From a virus (lineage: Duplodnaviria; Caudoviricetes): 64,000 nucleotides of DNA. The stretch covers positions 1 through 64,000 of IMG/VR virus record IMGVR_UViG_2862873970_000001. The stretch is one strand, 5' to 3'. Position 1 is the stretch's first letter; the number at the start of each line of letters is the position of its first letter. The translations under genes were made by a program, and so were the position numbers. Below the pieces are notes generated by a model. The model ran no database searches and was not told the DNA's origin. It was given only the letters and a program-made list of their open reading frames with translations. Below are positions 35,775-46,377 of the stretch, one piece after another.

Positions 35775-36782
35775 ATGACCACAGGTGAATTGTGGACAGC
35801 ATTTAATGAGGTCGACAGCAACAACATTCGTAAGTGGCTGTATGGCTCTGTGCTGGTCCGCGACTGGGACCCCTCAGGTACCACCTCCCTAGAGGGCTTC
35901 ACGCCCTTCGAAACTGACGGCAGCCTGAAGTCGACCCTGTTCGACGCTGACAACCCCGGCGGCCCCTGGTTCGACATCGGCGCCATTGACGTCAACGGTG
36001 TGGACTTCACGCCGCGATACAAGACGTCCGACACTGACATCTGGCAGAACCGTTTCCCGCAGCGTACTGACGTTGACAGCGACGGTGAAGACATCCAGGT
36101 CGTCTGCGCCGAGACCAACGAGGTTGCGCTGGCGCTGTACAACAACCTGCCCCTGGTGGACGTGCCCGGTACCGGTGCCAAGTCCATCCTGAGTTCGGTT
36201 GGTGCCGCGGACTTCCGCGCCACCTACTCGCTCATTCCGCAGATCATCTACCGCCAGATGCTGATCCTCGGTGTCGACGGTGAGCTGTCCAACCCGATCT
36301 ATGTTGCCGAGCTTCGCCCGCGCATCTCAATCACCAAGCTGGACAAGCGTCAGTTCAACGCCAAGAAGGCGGATGAATTCGGTCTTTCGTTCGGCACCTA
36401 CCCTGACCCCGCCTCGGGCTTCGTCAAGGACGCCGTCTATGGCGGGCCGGCCTGGCTGGCGCTGGGTGGTCCGGTGACCCTTCCGACCGTCAAGACCGTT
36501 ACGGCTACCGCCGTTGCGGGTGGCAAGGCGACCCTGGTGTTCGCTCAGCCGACGTCGAAGAACTCGCCCTTCACCTACTCGGTGAGCCAGACCACCAGCT
36601 CCACGACGACCGCAGTGTCGGATTCGGATCTGACCACGTCGGTTGCTTCTGACGGGACGGTCACCCTGACCGTTTCCGGTCTGACCGCCACCGATGAATA
36701 CACCTTCACGGTGACCGCGACTGGCGCCAACCTGACGACCGCCGAATACACGGTGTCGAACAGCGTTACCGCCCTTTCGTAA
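35775..36782 (+). CDS. major tail protein with C-terminal Ig/FN3-like domain
   Basis: Position; C-terminal VSGLT...YTFTVTA. Confidence 0.85.
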   Translation: MTTGELWTAFNEVDSNNIRKWLYGSVLVRDWDPSGTTSLEGFTPFETDGSLKSTLFDADNPGGPWFDIGAIDVNGVDFTPRYKTSDTDIWQNRFPQRTDVDSDGEDIQVVCAETNEVALALYNNLPLVDVPGTGAKSILSSVGAADFRATYSLIPQIIYRQMLILGVDGELSNPIYVAELRPRISITKLDKRQFNAKKADEFGLSFGTYPDPASGFVKDAVYGGPAWLALGGPVTLPTVKTVTATAVAGGKATLVFAQPTSKNSPFTYSVSQTTSSTTTAVSDSDLTTSVASDGTVTLTVSGLTATDEYTFTVTATGANLTTAEYTVSNSVTALS

Positions 36783-36791
36783 CAACCCATG

Positions 36792-36853
36792 AGAAAGGCC
36801 CCGCAATGTGTGCGGAACCGTATCAACGGAAGAGCACACACCGGGGCCTTTCT
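36792..36853 (+). terminator. long hairpin (attenuator/terminator) after the major tail gene
   Basis: AGAAAGGCCCCG...CGGGGCCTTTCT enclosing TGTGTGC/GCACACA. Confidence 0.6.
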
Positions 36854-36875
36854 TCTATCCACATAGGAGAACTAC

Positions 36876-37292
36876 ATGGCCGAACGGCCGCAGAATTCAC
36901 TTGCAGAACGTCGCCAAATGGGCCTGGAAGAGTTTCGACAGCAAGTCATCGAAGCTCAATCACAGCTCGCCTCCATTCGCTTGGAAATGCCCAATGAAGA
37001 GGTGTTCGAAATCCCCCACCCCATGCTGATCTCTGACGACGCGCAGAAGCGCCTGGAGATCGTGCAGTCCTTCCAGGATCTGGATAGGGACCGTAAGAAT
37101 CAGATTGTGGACCCTCCACAGATCGATGGAAAGCCCGCTGAGCCGTTGCAGATCCGCATCGCCAGGGCACTCCTGGGTGAGGAACAGCACGAGAAGTTCA
37201 TCGCGGCCGGCGGTCACTCCAATGATGTGACCCTCGCCTGGCAGTACCTGTCCCAGGAGCACCGGGCAAGGGCTGAAGCTGACCCAAAATAG
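36876..37292 (+). CDS. tail assembly chaperone (gpG)
   Basis: Precedes the tape measure gene; ends at slippery C CCA AAA TAG. Confidence 0.85.
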   Translation: MAERPQNSLAERRQMGLEEFRQQVIEAQSQLASIRLEMPNEEVFEIPHPMLISDDAQKRLEIVQSFQDLDRDRKNQIVDPPQIDGKPAEPLQIRIARALLGEEQHEKFIAAGGHSNDVTLAWQYLSQEHRARAEADPK

Positions 37293-37678
37293 TCGAAGCC
37301 GTTATCTACATGCGGCACTTCCCCCGAGAGATTGAGGCAGACTTACTCTTTCGGGGGATCGACATCTTCGACTGGCATCAAGGCCGGATGTCCAGTCGCC
37401 GGCTCCTGGTGCTTATCCGCGCACTGGAAGCCGATCACAAATCCACCTATTGGCGTGAACGCAACGATTGGGACTGGAACGAGGAGGAATACCTCCGCGC
37501 AGCCATTGTCAATGAGATAAGACTGCTGCGAGCCGATCAGGCTGCCATCCATGCCCAGCATGACATGAAAATCGACATGGTTTCCTCACCCGCTCAGAGG
37601 AAGGCCGAAATGGACCTGGCTGAGCGCACGCGTCAAGTTCGCGAACACATCATGAAACAACTGAATCCAACTAAATAA
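37283..37678 (+). CDS. tail assembly chaperone, -1 frameshift extension (gpGT)
   Basis: CCCAAAA at 37283-37289 (X XXY YYZ); the -1 frame reads ATA GTC GAA... into the 37310..37678 ORF. Confidence 0.85.
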   Translation, partial: PKIVEAVIYMRHFPREIEADLLFRGIDIFDWHQGRMSSRRLLVLIRALEADHKSTYWRERNDWDWNEEEYLRAAIVNEIRLLRADQAAIHAQHDMKIDMVSSPAQRKAEMDLAERTRQVREHIMKQLNPTK

Positions 37679-37687
37679 GGAGCGCCG

Positions 37688-40600
37688 ATGGCCGAGGGCG
37701 GCATCTTTCTTGACATTTTGGCCAGACTCAACATGGCCTCTGTCGACCGCGTCCTCGCTGATGTCAGAACCATCATGCGCGACGCAGGTGCCAAAAGTGC
37801 CCGCGCCTTCGAAGAGGGTTTCAGGCTAGACGCGGCCACCAGCCAGTTCAAGGAACTAAGCGCTGCAGCCGATTTGGCTTATCGGGATATGCAGCGTGGC
37901 CTAGCCGATCTGCAGATCCAAGAAGCCCGAGTCAACGAGCTTCGCGCCCGTAACTTCAAGGCCAGCACTGACGCCATGATCTCGGCCCAGCGGGACCTGG
38001 ATGCTGCCATTGCCAACTCGATGAAGCTCATGGAGACGGCGAATGCCCGTGCTGCAGAGCAGCGAGCGGCGGCGGTGACAGCGGTTCCGACCCGCGGGCG
38101 CTCCGGTGAAGAACCTGAACGCCGCGGGCGTAGTCAGGCCATCCCAATGTCGCGTGGTGCCAACATTATTGGTGCCGGCGCGGCGATTGGTACGGCAGTG
38201 GGCGTGGCCGAGGGTGCCCGGGTCTCTGCAGACACCTCACGGAATATGCAGCAGGTCAGGGCATTCCACCAGGACCCCACCCACACCCAGGACTACATAA
38301 ACCGACAAACCCAGTCGATCTACCAGATGTCCACCCAGGTGCCGTATTCGCCGCAGGAGTTGTCGAAGGTCTATCAGGACATCGAGAACCACGGCTACAC
38401 CGGCCAGGCCGCCCTGGACCTTTTGAGTACGGCGGCGAAAACCGCTGTGTCCACCCAGGCGGATCTAAAGGACACGACGGACGGTTTGATGACCACCGTC
38501 AAGGACTTCGGGGTACAGGCGCAACTTCAGAGCACCAATCTGGATGAGTACAAGAAGGGCCTGGAAGACCTGAACCAGATGGCCGGCCAGCTTGTCGGTA
38601 CATTCGGTCAGCTCAAGGGTGTCAACCCCGATGAGTTCTTCCGGTCACTCGGTAGTGTTGAGCCGACAGCCATGAAGTACATGGCGAACCTGTCGGGCCC
38701 CGCGGCTTCCGCTCAGGTGAACTCGGCACTATCCCTCTTGGCTCAGGTCGGTATCGGCCCAGAGCAGGGCTCCCACAACGTTTCTCGGATCATGGCCCAG
38801 TTGGGATCCATCCCTCCGGGTAGCAAGATTTACAACATGCTCGGGCAGTTGGGCGTCAAGCCCGAGGATATCGTCACCACCACTCGTGATAAGGGTATCT
38901 TCGCCCCGCTGCAGATGATTCAGGGTGCCATCGCGTCCAGAACTAACGACGCTGGCATGGTCAACATCGGCTGGCGGTACAACAACCAGCAGGTGTCTGA
39001 GCTGGAGCAGCAGGGCTACCAGAACCTGAGCCCCGAGGGTAAGGCGTTTGTCGACTCCCACCCGGAGATCAGGCAGGGCCTGGCATCGAAGATGTCACTG
39101 CGCAAGGCGCTCAAGGGTACAGACCTTGGTGCCGGCGAAATCGGCGATATCTCCACCCTGGCCCAGTGGTACTCAATGTCCAACGGCCCCAACAAGTTCA
39201 CCAAGCAGGGTGAGCCCACCGAGGTCACCCCAGGGCAGGTCTACCAGATTCTGTTCGGTACCGGTGACATCGCCCGTACCGGTGCGATCCTGGGTAACAG
39301 TGCCCAGGAAGGCCAGCAGGTCGCAGACCAGCTCACCAAGACTGGTTCAGATGCCCTGAAGAACGCCTTCAAGGACATGATGTCCCAGCTTCCCGAGCAG
39401 TGGAAGCAGTTGGGGGCGTCGCTACAGTCCCTGGCGGGTCAGATGGGTCAACACCTGCTGCCGGCCCTCACTCGCTTTGTGGGTGATCTGAACGGCGTTG
39501 CCGACTGGCTGGATCGCCACAAGACGGCCGAGGAAGCCCTAGTGGGCACCGTGGGTGCCATCGCGACGGCGTGGGGCGCAGCGAAGATCGTCAATATCTT
39601 CAGCGACCTGGCCGGTCCACTCGGCAAGCTTAAAGATGCCGCGAACACACTCGGCGGGATCATGAGTGACCGTCTGCCGACCCAAGTCGGGGGCCTGGGT
39701 ACCGCCGCCGAGACGACGGCGGGCGAAATCAGAAAATCCGGCATCGGCTCTGCCCTGAGGGGCGCCGCCGCTAACGTCTCCGCCGCCTTCTCAAGGGGTG
39801 CATTGACGTTGGCGATTGCCCAGACTGTTGGTGGCGCTCTTGATGCCTCTGGCCTCCCTACGCCCGGTGAAATAACCCAACACCATCCCGGTGCGTCTAC
39901 TAACCCTGTCCCATCGTGGCTTCAGGACCCCAAGTGGCTGCAGGGAATTGGAAAGTTTTTCGGAATGTATGACGGTCAGGGCGGCAAGGCACACGGCGGC
40001 ATCGTCGGCTTCGATGACGGCGGTGTAACCAATCCCTACTCACAGCCGCTAATGAGCGTGCCCGACAAGGGTATTGACACAGTTCTCGGCATGTTGCCCA
40101 ACGGAACCCCGGTCGGGTTGCGCGGTGGGGAGGGCATCCTCACCCCAGAGGCCGTGAATAAGCTCGGCGGCAAGGGTGCCATCGATGCGCTCAACAACCC
40201 TTGGGCCGACCCACTCAAGGTGGGTGCGACCTTCTACGGTTCATTCGCCAAGGGTGTGGCCAAGTACTCCCCATTCGGTAAGTACCTCACGGCCACGAGT
40301 CAGACCATTGACTCCCTAGTTGATGAGTTTGAGAAATCCAACGAGGCTCACGAGGCTGGCCACGGCCGTCACCACCGCAAGGGGCTGCCGAGCGAAATCG
40401 AGGGACTATTGTCCTCTGGGCTGTCGCCCGAGGAAGTTATGCAAAAGCTCGGCGTCAAGGCCGGAAAGCGCGGTGGGCTTGAGCTTCCAAGCGGACAGTA
40501 CCTGTCCAACGAGGACCGTGCGCTATTGGGGCTCCCCGCGGCGAAGAGTCGCGGTGGCGGTGGCCCATCCTCGGGCGGCTTGATACCCGCCCTGCGGAGG

Positions 40601-42118
40601 GCCGGCATTGACCCGAGCATGTACCCGCTGCTTCAGGGGTTCGCAAAAACGGAGGGGGATAACCCCTCTGGCGTACCCACCCTGGGCTTCACCGACTCCC
40701 AGGCCGGCAGCTCGTTGGATGAGCATGCGCAAGCTTTGGCAAATCAGATCCGCAATCGTCAGTCAGTGGCGGGACCGTTCCCGGCCAATGGCAGCCCTCA
40801 GGAGCAAGCGTCCTGGATGGCTACTGTCGTGGGCCAGAACGGAGTGCAGAGCGACTGGCAGGGCAATGCCCAACCTTCCCGGCAGGATTACGTCAACCGT
40901 GTTGCGAGCGGTTTTGGCCCCAAGTATTGGTTCTCCCAGGGTGGCCAAATTCCCACCGGGGATCTCGGCCCCCTTTATGGGACCAGCCCTGGCCCCACGC
41001 CGGGTGGCCCTGGTAGTCAACTGTATCCAGGACCGGGTAGCGGTGGGATTAACAGCACCTGGGTTCCAGACTGGTGGAATAAGGCATTACGCAAAGGCTC
41101 TGGCCAGCATCCGTGGTGGCAGGCGCCCTATAACGGAAGTCCTCCCCCGCCAGCGAATGATCAGGGACCGCATCGACCGCCCGTTGATGATAATACGGAG
41201 CCGTTCGGATATTCGACCGGTGGCATTGTCGGTTTCGACGGCGGCGGCTTCGTGCCCACACCAAGCCAGCCCGGTGTTGGTGCAGCACAGGCATCTACAA
41301 ACATCACCACCGCAGCACAGGCTCGGGGTATTGCACCCCAGGATGGCGGAAAGGCGCCCGATATCGCGCCTAAGGACATGCCGAATCATGTTCCGGCCCC
41401 CGGTAACACAAGCACCCCACCGCAACAGCTAAAGAATCAACCGCCACCCCCGGCCACACCCGACAGACGGCCTCCGGGCTCGGACAAGGGGCCCGACAAG
41501 GCCAAGATGCCACAGTTCACCGCCCCTGGCGGCAAGCCGGGTGACTACACAACTCCGGAAGACACCCGCAACCTGAACAACAACCCATCACGCGAGCCGG
41601 GTATCAACAACACCTCTAAGGGATTTGGGGTCAGTGGCGGCTTAATTGGCACGGCCGAGGGCGCTGCGGAGATGGCGGCGTCAACAGCCGCTAACGCATT
41701 CGCTCCCGGCTCTGGGGCTGCGGCCAGTCAGGCGATGAACATCGGGTTCCAGTTGGCCAACCGTGCGATGGGCTATGCAGGCCAATTGGCCGGCATCGGC
41801 ATCGAAGGCATCATGGAAACCTTCCTGCCAAACGACTCAGCGCTGGGTGACCCGACCAACAACATCCTAGGCAAGATGGCCATGGGTATTGCTGGTGCCC
41901 ACCCAAGTCCCAAGAACACCGCGGGTAATTCAGCAATGAAGCTGGACCCGAAGGAGAACTTGGACGCGGGTGCGATGGCTGGAAAGCAGCAGGCGCCGAT
42001 CCATATCGAGAATGTTCATAATCATGGCCAACAGAGCTGGGAGGGCTTAGAGGCCGCTCAAAAGAAGGCGGTCTTCCAGGGGACCATGGGTAATTTAAAT
42101 GGGGCTAGTTACCGCTAG
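37688..42118 (+). CDS. tape measure protein
   Basis: 1476 aa, Ala/Gly/Gln-rich helical, follows the chaperones; GG.V...DTV..M...GE.IL motif. Confidence 0.93.
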   Translation: MAEGGIFLDILARLNMASVDRVLADVRTIMRDAGAKSARAFEEGFRLDAATSQFKELSAAADLAYRDMQRGLADLQIQEARVNELRARNFKASTDAMISAQRDLDAAIANSMKLMETANARAAEQRAAAVTAVPTRGRSGEEPERRGRSQAIPMSRGANIIGAGAAIGTAVGVAEGARVSADTSRNMQQVRAFHQDPTHTQDYINRQTQSIYQMSTQVPYSPQELSKVYQDIENHGYTGQAALDLLSTAAKTAVSTQADLKDTTDGLMTTVKDFGVQAQLQSTNLDEYKKGLEDLNQMAGQLVGTFGQLKGVNPDEFFRSLGSVEPTAMKYMANLSGPAASAQVNSALSLLAQVGIGPEQGSHNVSRIMAQLGSIPPGSKIYNMLGQLGVKPEDIVTTTRDKGIFAPLQMIQGAIASRTNDAGMVNIGWRYNNQQVSELEQQGYQNLSPEGKAFVDSHPEIRQGLASKMSLRKALKGTDLGAGEIGDISTLAQWYSMSNGPNKFTKQGEPTEVTPGQVYQILFGTGDIARTGAILGNSAQEGQQVADQLTKTGSDALKNAFKDMMSQLPEQWKQLGASLQSLAGQMGQHLLPALTRFVGDLNGVADWLDRHKTAEEALVGTVGAIATAWGAAKIVNIFSDLAGPLGKLKDAANTLGGIMSDRLPTQVGGLGTAAETTAGEIRKSGIGSALRGAAANVSAAFSRGALTLAIAQTVGGALDASGLPTPGEITQHHPGASTNPVPSWLQDPKWLQGIGKFFGMYDGQGGKAHGGIVGFDDGGVTNPYSQPLMSVPDKGIDTVLGMLPNGTPVGLRGGEGILTPEAVNKLGGKGAIDALNNPWADPLKVGATFYGSFAKGVAKYSPFGKYLTATSQTIDSLVDEFEKSNEAHEAGHGRHHRKGLPSEIEGLLSSGLSPEEVMQKLGVKAGKRGGLELPSGQYLSNEDRALLGLPAAKSRGGGGPSSGGLIPALRRAGIDPSMYPLLQGFAKTEGDNPSGVPTLGFTDSQAGSSLDEHAQALANQIRNRQSVAGPFPANGSPQEQASWMATVVGQNGVQSDWQGNAQPSRQDYVNRVASGFGPKYWFSQGGQIPTGDLGPLYGTSPGPTPGGPGSQLYPGPGSGGINSTWVPDWWNKALRKGSGQHPWWQAPYNGSPPPPANDQGPHRPPVDDNTEPFGYSTGGIVGFDGGGFVPTPSQPGVGAAQASTNITTAAQARGIAPQDGGKAPDIAPKDMPNHVPAPGNTSTPPQQLKNQPPPPATPDRRPPGSDKGPDKAKMPQFTAPGGKPGDYTTPEDTRNLNNNPSREPGINNTSKGFGVSGGLIGTAEGAAEMAASTAANAFAPGSGAAASQAMNIGFQLANRAMGYAGQLAGIGIEGIMETFLPNDSALGDPTNNILGKMAMGIAGAHPSPKNTAGNSAMKLDPKENLDAGAMAGKQQAPIHIENVHNHGQQSWEGLEAAQKKAVFQGTMGNLNGASYR

Positions 42119-42909
42119 TTGATGGGTTCGGGTACGGCGTCGAAGGGGATCTTTGCCCAAGTCTTCGAGTCGCCACCACACCCGCTGCCCTCCACCGTAT
42201 TGGTCTGCATGCCGGCAAACGTTCCATCGGGTCGCGGGGTGAACACCCACTTAATGGTGAACTCCCCCGTAGTCCCATCCCCACAGTCGACAGACAGGTG
42301 GGGCGGAATGTTCTGCCACCCCCCATCAATGAATTGCAGTGTCGTATTAGTTGGACCCTTCGGAGCGTTCAGCGGCAGTGGATGGTCGGGGTCGGTCACT
42401 GCGGTCCCCACTGCGGTGCATACCCCATTGTCCGAGCAGGACGAATGAAATTCCCAGAGCCCGGATGTATCTGAGAGTCCCAGCGGGTTATTGCCATCAC
42501 TGGTCGTCTCGCGACTGAAGTGCATCTGCAGTCGATAGACGCCATTGAAGGTGGGCCAATGCGGAGCTGGCGGGGACGGCCGCACAGTTGAGGGCGGTGG
42601 CGCTGGTGTCGGTGTTGACGTGGGAGCTGGGGCTGTGCGCCCCCCGTGCCACAGGACCCAGGAAAGCCAGCCCACTGCCGCCAAGGCCGCCACCAGCGCT
42701 ATAGCGACGGGGATCCACCACATACCGCGAGGGCTCGACTCTGCCCACGCCTGCGTATCCGGCTCCTCCCGGGACCAGGCCAGTGCGGGCTCGATGGCCA
42801 CCCCGGTCGGGGGATAGTCCTCCACTATCACCTCAGTGGGGAACACGAGCCCCATCTCCGTGGGTGGCAATTCTTCGGCTACAGCAGCCGTATCCCGTAA
42901 CTCAGCCAT
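42115..42909 (-). CDS. membrane-anchored protein with Pro-rich linker and extracellular domain
   Basis: TM segment WWIPVAIALVAALAAVGWLSWVLW, PAPTSTPTPAPPP, W.F.SSC...GVCTA. Confidence 0.75.
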   Translation of the reverse strand: MAELRDTAAVAEELPPTEMGLVFPTEVIVEDYPPTGVAIEPALAWSREEPDTQAWAESSPRGMWWIPVAIALVAALAAVGWLSWVLWHGGRTAPAPTSTPTPAPPPSTVRPSPPAPHWPTFNGVYRLQMHFSRETTSDGNNPLGLSDTSGLWEFHSSCSDNGVCTAVGTAVTDPDHPLPLNAPKGPTNTTLQFIDGGWQNIPPHLSVDCGDGTTGEFTIKWVFTPRPDGTFAGMQTNTVEGSGCGGDSKTWAKIPFDAVPEPIN

Positions 42910-42938
42910 ACGCAAACAATAGCCCAAGGAAGGCTTCT

Positions 42939-44618
42939 TTGACCAGTCCCTTTGTCTATCCACCGGGCCAGATTTCTCAGTGGGGTATAAACCAGGCTCT
43001 CACTAACGAGAATACCTGGATCTCCTATATCGGCGCCGATGGAACGATCTTCTATCTCGCCGGCCCACTAGCCCCCGTAGCAGGGGCCCAGGATGGCGTG
43101 GTCCTCCTTAAGCACATGGGCTTGATGTCTCCGTTCCAGAACCTGGATCAGAGAGGCGCACGGCAAGACGGCGCCACCTGGAATGCGACCGTCTACGACC
43201 CGGGCGAGATCATGCTCGGTGTTGAGGCCTCTGGCCTTGCGCCGCAGAACATTCGGGATGTCATCCGGCACTGGATTAGCGCCTGGAAGCCGCGGGCCAC
43301 CGGCATCTTCTCCGTCTTCACTCCCGACATGGGTGAGTGGTGGTGCCCGGTGCGCCTCGGTAAGCACATCAGCGACGAGTTCACCAAGGACTACACCTAC
43401 TCGGGGCGCCAGGTCTTCACCTGGGAGGCCATCAACTATGACGCCTTTTGGTACTCCGTGGATTCGGTGTCTTCTTTCGGCGCCAACATCGTCACTAACA
43501 CGGTTAATTTCACCCAGTTGCCCAATGCAACGACACTGCCCAACACCTTCACCAGTTTCATCACCCCAAGTACAGACGACGGAACTCAGGGAATCCAGAA
43601 CGGCGCTGCCGTACTAATCCCCACCAACGGCCAGGTCTTTGAGGCCCAGAACATCTACAACACGGCGACGGACACTGATGACCAAATCGTCTCCATCACT
43701 TTTGCCGGCGCGACGCTGGCACACCTCTTCGATGTCTACGACCCGTTCTGCTATGTCGACGTCTGGGCCCGCTGCAGCAGTGACGGTAAGAACGGGATCC
43801 GCCTGCGCCTCTCAATGCTGACGCATGAGATCGCCGCGTTTGTCGACGGGGCGATGGTTTGGGAAGAAGTCCTAATCAACGTCGAACCGCCGCTATGGGG
43901 TGAGACTTTCACCCTTATCGCTGGTACCTCCACAAGCCCATACAACATCATGGCGCTTCGCGATGGCTTCACCTACTTCAATGTGCAGGACAACGCTCAT
44001 CTATCCGCACTGGGTGAGGATTATCGACTCACCGGCTTCGGTATGACGTCGTCCATCTATCTGGGCCTCTACTTCAATCCTCAGCCCATCGCCGTGTTCT
44101 CCATGGGGGACAACACGACAATCACCCAGTCGGGCACCGTGCCCCTGACGAACATCGGTGATGAGGACGCGTGGCCAAGGTATTTGGTATACGGCCCAGG
44201 CACTTTCAGCTTCTCTAACGGCCCCGGTAGCCAGAGCATGATCACCTTCGGGCCACTTGAGGCGGGGCAGGTAGCCCTTGTGTGTACCGACCCGATGTTA
44301 CGAACGATCACCGACCTAACACCCGGGCAGCCACCGCCTCCGACCGCGGCTCAGCAGAGCCTACTCACGGCCCTGCTCTCCTTCGCCCAAAACAACAACA
44401 CCCCACCCTTCCTTGCGCAGTATCAGTCCGTCTTTGGCGCTGTCCCGCCGCAGGGAAACCTCTCCGCACTGGTCAGTGGCAGATTCACCAATCCGCTTCC
44501 AGGGGCGGTGTATGGCATCGCACCCAAGGAGCAGCACTTCAACGTGACTATCACTAATGGTGGACCCACAAGCAAGGTGGTGGCGGCTGTCACGCCCATG
44601 CGGCGATGGCCACTCTAA
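42939..44618 (+). CDS. minor tail protein (distal tail-like)
   Basis: First gene after the tape measure; TTG after AGGAAGG; L.N.GD..AWPRY.VYGPG. Confidence 0.85.
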   Translation: MTSPFVYPPGQISQWGINQALTNENTWISYIGADGTIFYLAGPLAPVAGAQDGVVLLKHMGLMSPFQNLDQRGARQDGATWNATVYDPGEIMLGVEASGLAPQNIRDVIRHWISAWKPRATGIFSVFTPDMGEWWCPVRLGKHISDEFTKDYTYSGRQVFTWEAINYDAFWYSVDSVSSFGANIVTNTVNFTQLPNATTLPNTFTSFITPSTDDGTQGIQNGAAVLIPTNGQVFEAQNIYNTATDTDDQIVSITFAGATLAHLFDVYDPFCYVDVWARCSSDGKNGIRLRLSMLTHEIAAFVDGAMVWEEVLINVEPPLWGETFTLIAGTSTSPYNIMALRDGFTYFNVQDNAHLSALGEDYRLTGFGMTSSIYLGLYFNPQPIAVFSMGDNTTITQSGTVPLTNIGDEDAWPRYLVYGPGTFSFSNGPGSQSMITFGPLEAGQVALVCTDPMLRTITDLTPGQPPPPTAAQQSLLTALLSFAQNNNTPPFLAQYQSVFGAVPPQGNLSALVSGRFTNPLPGAVYGIAPKEQHFNVTITNGGPTSKVVAAVTPMRRWPL

Positions 44619-46357
44619 GCCGAGCAGAAGACTGGACTAACCCAACAAACTTACTTCCCGCACTTACATCTGGATCCCCAGAGCTGGCTTCGGCCGCATC
44701 ATGGACCGCGGCGCTGGCCAATCAAGAGCCGGCCACGGATATCAGCGTGACGTTCTACACGTACACGTATGAATTCCTGGCGACCTGTGATTCCTATATC
44801 TCGCTGGAAGTCGAGTCTAAACGCAATGATATGGGCACGGCCACCCTTGTTCTCAAGGCCGATGACCCCTGCGTACAGATTGCCATGCAATGCACGACCA
44901 CCGTCGTGCCAGTGGTTATCCAGTTAAATAACATCCGGTGGAGTGGACGCGTCAATTCGTACTCCAATGCGCTAAACAATCGCCTGCGTACATGCACCAT
45001 TGAACTAATCGATGACTTCGCTTGGTTCTCCAGGATGCTCGTGTGGCCGAACTTTGAATTGCCCATTGAGATCCAGGTGCCTTCGAATGCCGTGTACGTT
45101 GGCCCCGCCATTAGCTGCGTCCTTACCATGATCGCCGAGCAGGCTTTTCGCCTGCAGTCGGGCATTTGGAACTTCATCAACGATCCCATTGTCTCGGTGT
45201 TGTCGCTTCCTGTCGCATGGCAGGACTTCTTGCAGAGATGGAATATGGCCGGCGGCAACCTGCTGCAATACTTGGCCGCCCCCATTTGCGTCATGTTCCA
45301 GAACCCGATATTCGACACCTCTCCGTGGGTGGCGCTTACCGGGCGCATGGACAAGATCTACGACCTGATCAAAGACACGCTGATGGATTATGGCCTGGCA
45401 CTGCAGATCAACCTGTGGCTGCCCGGTGACCCACAGCCCGGTACCGAGGCACTGATGGCCTCCATGCTGCCGCTGGTGACCGAACTTACCGGCCCTACGC
45501 TGGTGGTTACCTGTGTCGACCGCCGTGGCGTGACGGGGCCCACGGGCACGTTTATCGACGGCCTCGTGGAGGACGTTGTCGACCTGGAGCACAGCCTCCT
45601 GGGCAACACCCTTTCTCCATTCCTGAATCCCAACAACGAGTACTACCCAGCCAACCTCGGTATCAATATTGCGCCGACATTGGGTGTGAACTTCGTGCCG
45701 TCCTGGGTCCTATTCAATGGCGACGATCCTAAATTCAGCGGACTCGATTCATTCAAGCTGACTGGTTATCACCCCCTCGCGCACACCGTGGTGGGCGGCG
45801 GCAAGAGCCCTAAGTGGTTAGATGACCTAATTAACGCTACTCTGGAATTTCTCATCGATGCCATCGAAATTACGGTGGGCTTCACTGGTATTCCGGACAC
45901 GTTGCTGAATGGAACCTTTGACGACATCCTCTTGGCATTCCAGGAGCAGATCAACTACGAGCGCCGGCTTCAGCTAGGGCCATTCGGATTCCCCGAATAC
46001 TTCATGAAAACCGGGGCATCTGCATACACCCTGGACGAATGGTTCGCCTTGATGCAGGGGATGTTTGATAGTCAAGGCTATACCTGTATTCAGCTTACTT
46101 GGCAGGATGGACGACCGTACGAGATTGGTCGGGATGTATTCCTGGGCGGACTTGTCTCTTTTGTGCTGGACGGTCTTCTCTACACGGACTATGTCTACTC
46201 CTTCAAGATTAAAGATGATCGTAAGACTCGCGCTCTAGTCGAAATCGTTGTCGGCGATGGAAAGCGTGAAGTTAACCCAATCCTGCGCGTGGTTCGCATG
46301 CTCACCGGTCTTGAACAAGTCGTGAACGTGGTGACGATGAGTCCCGCTGGCAACTAA
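44606..46357 (+). CDS. minor tail protein
   Basis: RWSGRV, L.WPN..LP...Q.P, GGKSP.W, LAFQ, typical of mycobacteriophage minor tail proteins. Confidence 0.88.
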   Translation: MATLSRAEDWTNPTNLLPALTSGSPELASAASWTAALANQEPATDISVTFYTYTYEFLATCDSYISLEVESKRNDMGTATLVLKADDPCVQIAMQCTTTVVPVVIQLNNIRWSGRVNSYSNALNNRLRTCTIELIDDFAWFSRMLVWPNFELPIEIQVPSNAVYVGPAISCVLTMIAEQAFRLQSGIWNFINDPIVSVLSLPVAWQDFLQRWNMAGGNLLQYLAAPICVMFQNPIFDTSPWVALTGRMDKIYDLIKDTLMDYGLALQINLWLPGDPQPGTEALMASMLPLVTELTGPTLVVTCVDRRGVTGPTGTFIDGLVEDVVDLEHSLLGNTLSPFLNPNNEYYPANLGINIAPTLGVNFVPSWVLFNGDDPKFSGLDSFKLTGYHPLAHTVVGGGKSPKWLDDLINATLEFLIDAIEITVGFTGIPDTLLNGTFDDILLAFQEQINYERRLQLGPFGFPEYFMKTGASAYTLDEWFALMQGMFDSQGYTCIQLTWQDGRPYEIGRDVFLGGLVSFVLDGLLYTDYVYSFKIKDDRKTRALVEIVVGDGKREVNPILRVVRMLTGLEQVVNVVTMSPAGN

Positions 46358-46377
46358 TTAAATAGGGAATTTATCAA

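Noticed and set aside
37283-37289. Frameshift in the tail chaperone as a novelty
   Set aside because: Canonical programmed -1 frameshift of long-tailed phages.
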